Below are positions 6,853-14,700 of a stretch of 15,889 bases of DNA, piece by piece (within the stretch, counting starts at the first letter, position 1; the number at the start of each line of letters is the position of its first letter). The position numbers and the translations under genes were made by a program. Source of the DNA: Cyanobacteria bacterium UBA11371 (GTDB lineage Bacteria > Cyanobacteriota > Cyanobacteriia > Cyanobacteriales > Aerosakkonemataceae); the NCBI GenBank assembly GCA_003486305.1, contig DNGJ01000424.1, positions 5,760 to 21,648 on the forward strand, given 5' to 3'. The notes below the pieces were generated by a model. The model saw only the letters and a program-made list of their open reading frames with translations. It ran no database searches and was not told the DNA's origin.

Positions 6853-8013
6853 ATGACACAAGATCAACCTCAACAGCCAGAACCACAACAACAGATACCA
6901 CCCACCACACCGGCACCCACACCGACACCCAAAGCACCCGTGTCGCAGTCGGGGAAAGCGGTGCAAACAGTGGTTCAAACCCTGGGAGAAACGTGGAAAA
7001 CCGTCCAACCTGTGCTAAAAGAAGGCACGGTTAAAACTTTACGCGGCACAATTTGGGTGTTACAAGGCGCGGTGAATCAACTCGAAGGACAACAAAGAGC
7101 GCCAATTCAGCTTCCGGTGGATACCCTACCTTCGGCTGCGACGCTTCCCCCAGAAATGCCTGTATCTATTCCAGGGGATGCAACGCCGCCAGTCACAACT
7201 AAACCTGCTGTACCTGCAAAACCAGCTTCTCAACTGTCGAATGCGTTGGCGATCGCGCGCACTGTGATTATCACCCTGTGGCAGTGGTGGAAAGCCGCTA
7301 TTGCGAAACTACGCAGCCTGTTGCCCGAGTCGGTGAAGCAAAAACTGCCCAATAATGATATTTTGTCGGGTGCGATCGCAGCCATCTTGCTCGTCTTTTT
7401 CTGGTTAAATTCCTCCTCCTCACCCCCAGCAGTCGCTAAAGTTCCCCCCGAAATTTCAACCCCAGCAGCGGAAATCGAAGTATCTCCGGAAGTTACCCCA
7501 ACACCGGAAGTTACCCCACTACCAGAAATTAAAGTATCTCCGGAAGTTACCTCAACAGGGGAAATTAATGTATCTGTGGAAGTTACCCCACCAGCAGAAG
7601 TAAAAGTAACCCAGGAAGCGAAACCACCTGTGGTTGAAACCCCACCCGAATTAACCGCACCCAAACCATCTAAACCTGTAGCAATCGTTCCACCGCCTCC
7701 CCCAGTTTTAACCCCAGAGCAAAAATTGCTCGCCGAAATTCAAAATAAAATTGCTGAAATTACCAAAGAATCGGCGGATGGGTTAATTCAATCTGTTCAA
7801 GCGAATTTTAAAGCCGGTCAGCTAACTGTTAAAATTAGCGACGATTGGTATAACTTTGATGTTGCTAAACAGGATAAATTAGCCGCCGATATGTGGAATC
7901 GGGCGCAGGAATTGGACTTTAGCAAAGTGGAAATTACCGACACTTCTGGCACGTTGATAGCCCGATCTGCCATCGTTGGGTCTAATATAATCGTTTTGAA
8001 GCGTCAGATGTAA
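6853..8013 (+). CDS. Proline-rich single-pass membrane protein with tandem P-E-V-T repeats and a conserved-looking ~110-aa C-terminal domain. Function unknown.
   Basis: ATG 6853 is preceded by AAGGGAG. Pro/Gln/Thr-rich N-terminus. Predicted TM helix ILSGAIAAILLVFFWL. Repeats EVSPEVTPTPEVTPLPEIKVSPEVTSTGEINVSVEVTPP. PPPPP linker. Followed by a strong terminator hairpin. Confidence 0.55.
   Translation: MTQDQPQQPEPQQQIPPTTPAPTPTPKAPVSQSGKAVQTVVQTLGETWKTVQPVLKEGTVKTLRGTIWVLQGAVNQLEGQQRAPIQLPVDTLPSAATLPPEMPVSIPGDATPPVTTKPAVPAKPASQLSNALAIARTVIITLWQWWKAAIAKLRSLLPESVKQKLPNNDILSGAIAAILLVFFWLNSSSSPPAVAKVPPEISTPAAEIEVSPEVTPTPEVTPLPEIKVSPEVTSTGEINVSVEVTPPAEVKVTQEAKPPVVETPPELTAPKPSKPVAIVPPPPPVLTPEQKLLAEIQNKIAEITKESADGLIQSVQANFKAGQLTVKISDDWYNFDVAKQDKLAADMWNRAQELDFSKVEITDTSGTLIARSAIVGSNIIVLKRQM
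7478..7600 (+). repeat. Imperfect tandem nucleotide repeats (units like CCGGAAGTTACCCCAACA / GTATCTCCGGAAGTTACC) that encode the PEVT/EVSPEVT peptide repeats of the proline-rich membrane protein.
   Basis: Direct reading of 7441-7620. Confidence 0.6.
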
Positions 8014-8034
8014 TAGGGAACCCATACACCCAAA

Positions 8035-8067
8035 AGAAACCCGGTTTTTTCAAAAAACCGGGTTTCT
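8035..8067. terminator. Intrinsic-terminator-like hairpin between convergent genes. Perfect 16-nt arms AGAAACCCGGTTTTTT / AAAAAACCGGGTTTCT. The T-run and the A-run sit inside the stem, so it could act in both directions.
   Basis: Starts 22 nt after the stop of the proline-rich-protein gene. Perfect inverted repeat with the T tract on the + strand and the A tract on the opposite arm. Confidence 0.55.
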
Positions 8068-8144
8068 TAATAATAACCTCACCGCTTCTTGGCGTCGCGA
8101 ACATTATTAATGTTATACTGTTTTCCCATCAATGGGAAAAACTT

Positions 8145-8202
8145 GGGGCGGGTTTATTTAAATTGTTTGCTTGTATCAAACGTTATTGGTAAAACCCGTC
8201 CC
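8145..8202. repeat. Inverted pair of the GGGGCGGGTTTA / GGTAAAACCCGTCCC motif. Together they form an 11-12-bp stem (one mismatch) with a ~31-nt loop.
   Basis: Direct reading. A member of the TAAACCCGCCCC family, which has at least 7 copies in the window. Confidence 0.7.
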
Positions 8203-8336
8203 AAAGATTTCTATATGTTGATGATAAGCATTATCAAGGGAAATTGGTATTATCTGTTTGTCCGAAATATCTATATTTTTCCCTAATTATGATTATTGGT
8301 AATCGACCAAACGTGAGATTATATCAACAATCGGTC

Positions 8337-8394
8337 GGGGCGGGTTTAATGAGATCTCTCATGGTTCCACAGTATGGTTGGTAAAACCCGCCCC
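8337..8394. repeat. Second inverted pair, GGGGCGGGTTTAA / GGTTGGTAAAACCCGCCCC: an 11-bp perfect stem. The loop contains the palindrome GAGATCTC.
   Basis: Direct reading. Confidence 0.7.
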
Positions 8395-8413
8395 TACAAT
8401 CTGCAAACTATCG

Positions 8414-8434
8414 CCATTACCAATTACCAATCCC
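8414..8434. repeat. Heptamer tandem (CCATTACCAATTACCAATCCC). It overlaps the 3' end of nanE and encodes its last residues, GIGNW plus the stop.
   Basis: Direct reading. The reverse complement GGGATTGGTAATTGGTAATGG encodes G-I-G-N-W-stop. Confidence 0.7.
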
Positions 8435-9088
8435 TTCTCGATACGCTTTAACCAAATAATCAATTCCGGTAATAGCCGTACCAACTACAACTGCATAAGC
8501 GCCTAAATTCAAGGCTTCTCGTGCCATTTTTGGGGAAGAAATACCGCCTTCACAAATTACGGGAATATCTAATTGTTGTACCATTTGAGTCAGCAATTCA
8601 AAGCCGGGGGGAGATAAATGTTTGGTTTCGTTGGTGTAACCGTAGAGCGTTGTTCCTACAATATCAGCACCCGCAAGAGCAGCTAACTTCGCATTCTCAA
8701 TTGTATCCACATCCGCCATCACTGGTTTCCCCAATTCGGCGTGAATTCGCTCAATTAACCCCGCGAGGGTTTCTCGATTCGGGCGTTGTCGCAGCGTCGC
8801 GTCGATGGCGATGATATCCGCACCCGCACGTGCGATCGCTTCTGCGTCTTCATACCTCGGTGTAATGTAAACTTCATAACCTAGTAATTGCTGTTTCCAC
8901 AGTCCGATAATCGGCACTTTAACCTTCTGCCGCACCGCGCTGACATGATAGGAAGTATCAATTCTTACACCTACCGCCCCCTGATTCACCGCCGCTTGCG
9001 CCATAGCTGCAATAACGACGGGATCGTGTAGCGGCGAGTCAGCAGGGGCTTGACAGGAAACAATTAAACCACGGATTTCTGGTAACAT
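8417..9088 (-). CDS. nanE: N-acetylmannosamine-6-phosphate 2-epimerase-like protein (NanE family).
   Basis: Colinear with E. coli NanE. GLIVSCQAPADSPL (compare GGLIVSCQPVPDSPL). PIIGL (compare PIIGI). AGADIIAIDATLRQRP (compare AGADIIAIDGTDRPRP). GTTLYGYT (compare GTTLSGYT). The start is placed at the MLPEIRG Met (9088). The 14-codon upstream extension to 9130 is encoded by a copy of a dispersed repeat and is probably not translated. Confidence 0.75.
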   Translation of the reverse strand: MLPEIRGLIVSCQAPADSPLHDPVVIAAMAQAAVNQGAVGVRIDTSYHVSAVRQKVKVPIIGLWKQQLLGYEVYITPRYEDAEAIARAGADIIAIDATLRQRPNRETLAGLIERIHAELGKPVMADVDTIENAKLAALAGADIVGTTLYGYTNETKHLSPPGFELLTQMVQQLDIPVICEGGISSPKMAREALNLGAYAVVVGTAITGIDYLVKAYREGIGNW

Positions 9089-9106
9089 AAGCAGGTGAGT
9101 TTTGTA

Positions 9107-9166
9107 GGGGCAGGTTTTACCAATAACCATTAAACGCCAACAGACGATTAAAATAAACCCGCCCCC
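9107..9166. repeat. Two more copies of the same family upstream of nanE. GGGGCAGGTTTTACCAATAACC (9107-9128) is the reverse complement of the GTTATTGGTAAAACC(C/T)GCCCC consensus. AAATAAACCCGCCCCC is at 9151-9166.
   Basis: Direct reading. The first copy encodes the spurious MVIGKTCPY N-terminal extension of the nanE ORF. Confidence 0.7.
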
Positions 9167-9183
9167 GTTCGGGCATTAGCAGA

Positions 9184-9231
9184 ATTAGCAAGCTTGCAAT
9201 TAGCAAGCTTGCAATTAGCAATTACCAATCC
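9184..9231. repeat. 15-bp tandem repeat ATTAGCAAGCTTGCA x2 (each unit contains the 10-bp palindrome GCAAGCTTGC), followed by the degenerate unit ATTAGCAATTACCAATCC, which ends in the AATTACC-family heptamer.
   Basis: Direct reading. Located between the stop of the histidine-kinase gene (9237) and the nanE start. Confidence 0.75.
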
Positions 9232-9236
9232 ACCCA

Positions 9237-11573
9237 TTATTTAATCGCGCAAGCAGCTGGAACCTCAGCAATAATCAAAGCAGCGATGGTATTTAATAAC
9301 TGTTCTGGTTGAACGGGTTGGGTCAAATAATCATCTGCCCCTTGAGCGAGGATAGTTATGAGGTTTTCTGGCGTTTCTTCAGGAATTAGCGCCATAATTT
9401 TAACGTTTTTTGTTGCCTTTGACTGGCGCAAGAGACGCATAACTTCATAACCACTCATTCCAGATAGTTGAATATCAACAATCGCGACCCTTGGTTGCAA
9501 AATATCAATTTGCTTAACAGCAGCAGACCCTTCAATTAACCATAGCACCTGATGGCCTGCTGCGGTGAGGATATCGCAGATTAGAGTAGCGCTTTCTTCT
9601 CGATCGGCAATTAAAGCAATGCGACCTTGGGGAATCTTTGCTGTCAGCGGTGCCGATTCTCCCCCAATTGATGTTATCGGTTGACAGGGTAACCAAACGG
9701 TAAAAATCGAGCCAACATCGACAGTAGATTCAACCTCAATTCGGCCTCCATGAAGTTCTATCAGTTGTTTTGTTAAAGCCAAACCCAAGCCAACGCCTTC
9801 GTATTCGCGATTGTATGAAGTATCTAACTGTTGGAATTTCTGAAACAGTAAATGTCGTTGATGTTCGGGAATGCCGATGCCCGTGTCTTCTACCTGAAAA
9901 ACGGCTGTATTGCCTTCTAACCAAACCCGCAAGATGACTTTGCCATCTTTGGGGGTGAATTTAATGCCATTGCTCAACAAATTCAACAGCATTTGTTTAA
10001 GGCGCTTGGGGTCGGCTCTAAAGCGGTCTTTGCTCGAAGGAATGCGTAAATTTATCCCCAAATAGACGCCGCTTTCGATAGCTTTTTCCCGCAGGGTTTG
10101 TACGGTTTGAGTTGCCAGTTGAGAAAGGGAAAACTCGCTGATATTTAAGACAGTTTTACCCGCTTCCACTTGAGACAAATCGAGGATATCGTTGATTAGC
10201 CCTAGTAGGTGGAAGCCGTTATCGTGGATAGTTTGTAGGTAATCCCGCTGTCGCTGGGTGAGTTGACCAAAAGACCAACGCAACAGGGTGGAAGATAGCC
10301 CGATAATGCAGGTAAGGGGCGTCCGCAATTCGTGGCTCATCGTTGCGAGAAATTCGCTCTTGGCGCGATTGGCAGATTGGGCGGCTAGCAGGGCGTCTTG
10401 GAGTTCCGAGGTGCGATCGATCACCCGTTGTTCGAGGGTTTGTTTTTGTTGTTGCACCTGGGCATAAAGTTCGGCTTGGTGAATTGCGATCGCTAAGTGT
10501 TCCGCAATATGCCGCAGAAAGGTTTTTTCGCTTTCCTGCCATTGACGCGGCTCAAAACATTGATGGGCAATCAGCAACCCCCACAATTGATCTTGGATTA
10601 TAATTGGCACCACCAACTTGGAGCGTACCCCAGTTCGTTGCATTAACCCCAACAAACACTGGGAAAAAATATCAGATGTTTTCACATCTTCCACCGCCAG
10701 GATAAAGCCTTGGCGATATTTCTCCCGACAGTTGGGTATATCCACAAAGCAGCGCTCTGACTCGGCAAAATGCAACACCGAGGGGATGGCATCAGAGGCT
10801 TTTGCCTCGTAGGTAATTCTACCAATGCCAGCGCGTGAATTGTTAGCTATCAGTTGTTTGTTGCCATTCCTCCCTGAAGTTGGACAACTAACGGCTGACT
10901 CCTCAAACTGATAAATTACTAACCGATCCGCCTGCAAAAAAGAGCGCACTCGCTCGAGTACTGTTTCCAAGATCGCGGGTAACTCCAGAGTTTGCCGAAT
11001 TTGCGTGGTTACCTGATTGAGGACGCCTTCTTGTTCGACTTGTTGGCGCAAAGCATCGTGGACTGGTTGACAAACAGAAACATAGGGGTAATCTGTTTCT
11101 AAGCTAGGCTCGACGCTAGTATCGCCCGAAAGAATTTCTAGCAACGAGAGGGTAAACTCGCTCTGAAGCTTGGCGTCGTTGGGATGGAGGATTAGACTTG
11201 CTTGTTTTAAGGTTTCTGTAGCCATGTGACTATTTTTGAGCAGGTTTCCCAGTTGGGTAATAAAGCCAGCGATCGCATCCGGATCAAAACTCAACCCCAC
11301 CTGATAGCATTGCCTTTGAGGATTTTGCCAACCCAAAGGATCTGACTCCAAACTCGTCCCCAACAGCAAGACACTAAACCGCTCCGACACCAAGACGGTA
11401 AAACATTCTGGCAAAGTTGTGGCAGGAACCGATATCCCTTGCACCACATCTTCGGTCAACAGCAGCGCACCTTCCCCAACTGTTTGAGCCATTTGCCCCA
11501 ATACCAGCCTCAGCCGATTAAAAGTTGCTTGGGGCAAAGTCCGACGTAAAATTGAAGTTTGGTAACTTAGCAT
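9237..11573 (-). CDS. Hybrid sensor histidine kinase: N-terminal sensory region, GAF domain, HisKA (H-box MSHELRTPL), HATPase_c, and a C-terminal receiver (REC) domain.
   Basis: 778 aa. H-box [11 protein letters not shown] boxes: [47 protein letters not shown]-like C-terminus with the phosphoacceptor-type Asp in [15 protein letters not shown]. Confidence 0.8.
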   Translation of the reverse strand: MLSYQTSILRRTLPQATFNRLRLVLGQMAQTVGEGALLLTEDVVQGISVPATTLPECFTVLVSERFSVLLLGTSLESDPLGWQNPQRQCYQVGLSFDPDAIAGFITQLGNLLKNSHMATETLKQASLILHPNDAKLQSEFTLSLLEILSGDTSVEPSLETDYPYVSVCQPVHDALRQQVEQEGVLNQVTTQIRQTLELPAILETVLERVRSFLQADRLVIYQFEESAVSCPTSGRNGNKQLIANNSRAGIGRITYEAKASDAIPSVLHFAESERCFVDIPNCREKYRQGFILAVEDVKTSDIFSQCLLGLMQRTGVRSKLVVPIIIQDQLWGLLIAHQCFEPRQWQESEKTFLRHIAEHLAIAIHQAELYAQVQQQKQTLEQRVIDRTSELQDALLAAQSANRAKSEFLATMSHELRTPLTCIIGLSSTLLRWSFGQLTQRQRDYLQTIHDNGFHLLGLINDILDLSQVEAGKTVLNISEFSLSQLATQTVQTLREKAIESGVYLGINLRIPSSKDRFRADPKRLKQMLLNLLSNGIKFTPKDGKVILRVWLEGNTAVFQVEDTGIGIPEHQRHLLFQKFQQLDTSYNREYEGVGLGLALTKQLIELHGGRIEVESTVDVGSIFTVWLPCQPITSIGGESAPLTAKIPQGRIALIADREESATLICDILTAAGHQVLWLIEGSAAVKQIDILQPRVAIVDIQLSGMSGYEVMRLLRQSKATKNVKIMALIPEETPENLITILAQGADDYLTQPVQPEQLLNTIAALIIAEVPAACAIK

Positions 11574-11730
11574 TTGAAGGTTTTATTTTCAAAAGCTGAA
11601 TGCTTGGGCTTGTCAAAGCTTCTGACCTTTGGCTCAATCATTCAGGGAACATATTTAATTAATTATCAAACGCGAACTCAGAGGTGGGACAAGACTTAAT
11701 GGTTTGTATCGGTAATACCTACAAAATACT
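11574..11730. promoter_or_regulatory. Divergent promoter region between the hybrid histidine kinase gene (-) and cobN (+). No cobalamin riboswitch was recognised.
   Basis: 157-bp AT-rich spacer between the divergent start codons. No B12-box-like GCCACTG core was found. Confidence 0.3.
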
Positions 11731-14700
11731 ATGCATCGGATAGCCGCCACCCCTGGAGGTTGGAATCCTCAAACTGAAGGTGTCATCTTTGTCGAGCAAA
11801 CCCCTGCTCCTATAGTCATTCTGACTGCTGCCGACACCGATATTCAAACCCTCGCGGCGGCTGTCACCCAGCTACCCGATGACTTTGGAGCGTTGCGGGT
11901 GGTCAATCTATTGCAGTTGCAGCAACAGCTAACCATCGATACCTATGCAGAACTTGTTCTGACATCCGCACGGGTTATTATCCTGCGCCTATTGGGGGGA
12001 CGCGCTTACTGGTCTTATGGATTGGAAATCGTACAGGAAACGGTACGGCAAACCGGCGCGGCACTGATTGTACTCCCCGGAGACGATCGCCCCGACCCCG
12101 ATTTACTCGATCTTTCCACGGTTTCTCTATCAAAGGTCAACCAGGTATGGCGCTACTTCACCGAAGGCGGCATCGAAAATTGCGTCAACGCCCTGAAATT
12201 TGTCGCCGATATCTGCCTGGGACACTCTTACAACCCACCCCCACCCCAAGAAGTGGCGCGCCTGGGGCTTTATTTGTGGCAGAGGACTCCAAGAGCAGGT
12301 GACTCCGGGTGCAATTACGGTGTGGGTTTGACCGATAACCAGACAACACAAAATTACAATGTAACTAAACCCGCCCCGGTGAATGAGGCGGCGATCGCAA
12401 ACAAGGTCGGTATTCTGTTTTATCGGGCGCATTACTTGGCGGGAAATACACGCCCAATTGATGCACTTTGTCAAGCTTTAGCGGCACGAAAATTAGAACC
12501 CGTGCCGGTATTTGTCTCTTCCTTGCGCGACCCGGATGTACAAGCAGAATTATCTCAATATTTCCAGCCGCCTAAAACAGAACCCGTTCAACTGATACTC
12601 AACACCACCAGTTTTTCGGTTTCAGATTTTACAAGGATTTCCCATTGGGCGCAAACCTCTGATTTGGCGGCAAAAATGACTGATGCTGTGCCCCTACCCC
12701 CCGTTTTGCATTCCCAGGGAAAGCCCTCTGAACGAGGCACAATCGACAATCTTGATGTTCCAGTTTTGCAAGTTATCTTCAGCGGCGGCACTGTAGAACA
12801 GTGGTCAGCCCAGTTTCAGGGGCTTTCACCCCGCGATATGGCGATGAATGTGGCGCTACCAGAGGTAGATGGGCGAATCATCACCCGTGCAGTTTCTTTT
12901 AAAGCGGTACAAACCCAAAATTCTCAGTTAGAGACGGATGTAGTAATTTATCAGCCTCAGTTAGACCGGATAGAGTTTGTCGCCGATTTAGCGGCTAACT
13001 GGGTGCGACTGCGGCAAACTCCCCCCCAAAAGCGCCGAATTGCTCTAATTTTGGCAAATTATCCCTGTCGCGATGGCAGACTCGCGAATGGTGTGGGACT
13101 CGATACCCCTGCAAGTTGTGTAGAAATTCTCAAGGCGCTGCAACAAGCTGGATACTGGGTGGAAAATATACCAGCTACGAGTGATGAACTGATGCAACGT
13201 TTAACCGCTGGGGTGACCAATGACCCGGAAGGACAACAATTGCGACCCGCAATGCAGCAGTTATCTTTAAAGGAATATCAAGAGTATTTTGCTACCTTGC
13301 CAGTTGAGGTGCAGAAAGAAATATGCGATCGCTGGGAAATCGGTAATGGGTCATTCGATTCCCAGGCGGAGCCTCTTAACGAGGGTAATAGAGAAGAAAA
13401 CCAATCACCAATTACCAATTACCAATTACCCATTCCCGGCATTCAACTAGGCAATATTTTTGTCGGAATTCAACCGAGTCGGGGTTACGATCTCGACCCG
13501 AGTTTAAACTACCACGCCCCGGATTTAGAACCGCCCCATCATTATTTAGGCTTTTATTATTGGGTGCGAAAACATTTTGGCTGTCATGCGATCGCTCATA
13601 TCGGCAAGCACGGCAATTTAGAATGGCTACCGGGTAAAAGTGTCGCCCTATCGAATAAATGTTATCCCGAAATCGCCTTGGGCGCTTTGCCCCACCTCTA
13701 CCCATTTATTGTCAACGACCCAGGCGAAGGTTCAGCCGCCAAACGTCGCGCCCAAGCGGTTATTATCGATCACCTCACCCCACCGATGACCAGGGCAGAA
13801 TTATACGGCCCGCTGCAACAATTGGAAAGTTTAATTGATGAATATTACGAAGCACAAAGTTTAGACCCCTCCAGGCTTCCAGCAATCAGAACGCGCATCA
13901 CCCAGCTAGTAGCCAAAGAAAACTTACATCAAGACTTGCAAATCGCTAATCCCCAAGAAAACCAATTACCAATTACCCAACTTGACGGCTATCTTTGCGA
14001 ATTAAAAGAAGCCCAAATCCGCGATGGATTGCATATTTTTGGGCAATGTCCCCAAGGACGACAACTGCGGGATTTGATAGTTGCGATCGCTCGTCATCCC
14101 GGAGTAGGTCGTCTCGGCTTAACTCGCGCCTTAGCTAAAGATTTCGGTATAGATATTGACCCCCTTACCGCTGATATGTCAGCAGTCATTAACTCGTTAA
14201 GAGGCTCAGCCTGGGAACGAGATCCCAGAGGCTCCGCCTCGCTTATAGCAGTACCATTTACTAAAAAATGTCGCACCATCGGCGATGTTGTTGAACTTCT
14301 GGAAGAACATGCAGCTAAATTAGTCGAACAACTAATATCTGACCGCTTCCAGCACACCAGCACACCCCCATCTTTAAACGCCACCCAACGCGAACTAGAC
14401 TGGATACGCTCCCACCTCCTCCCCGCATTGCAACAAACCGATCGAGAAATTATCAACTTGTTGCGCGGACTCGATGGGCGCTTCGTCCCCCCCGCCCCCT
14501 CTGGCGCACCCACGCGGGGACGCCCGGAGGTTTTACCCACTGGTCGCAATTTTTACTCTGTTGATATCAGGGGAATTCCCACCGAAACCGCTTGGGATTT
14601 AGGAAGAAAGGCAGCAGAAGCGTTAATCGAACGCTACGCCCAGGATAATGGGGAGTATCCAAAAGCACTTGGCTTATCCGTATGGGGAACATCCACGATG

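Noticed and set aside
6736-7008. 5' extension of the metallophosphoesterase ORF (MDGFPRFSQGLNHCLHRF...CRCGCRCGG...)
   Set aside because: The sequence is Cys/Arg/Trp-rich nonsense-like. It overlaps the start of the opposite-strand gene. An internal ATG with a GAGGA SD and a Tat signal gives a sensible protein.
7230-7664. ORF 7230-7664 (-) antisense to the proline-rich protein gene
   Set aside because: It is Gly/Ser/Thr-rich low-complexity translation of the antisense of the Pro-rich repeats, a typical repeat-shadow ORF.
8089-8286. 65-aa ORF in the repeat-rich nanE downstream intergenic region
   Set aside because: It has an alternative start codon, an AT-rich hydrophobic junk sequence and no RBS. 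The region is better explained as non-coding repeat DNA.
8145-9231. CRISPR array hypothesis for the repeated GGGGCGGGTTTA and ATTAGCAAGCTTGCA motifs
   Set aside because: The copies are in mixed orientation, irregularly spaced, short and degenerate. The 15-mer repeat has no spacers. No cas genes are present.
9736-10812. Short ORFs inside the histidine-kinase gene (9736-9924, 10219-10542, 10343-10603, 10618-10812)
   Set aside because: They are embedded in a 778-aa CDS with full HK motifs and their products are Arg/Pro-rich, so they are shadow ORFs.
11574-11730. Possible cobalamin riboswitch upstream of cobN
   Set aside because: I found no B12-box-like GCCACTG core or the characteristic GGTG...GGGAA...GCCACTG arrangement in the 157-bp leader. 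It cannot be excluded without an Rfam/Infernal scan.
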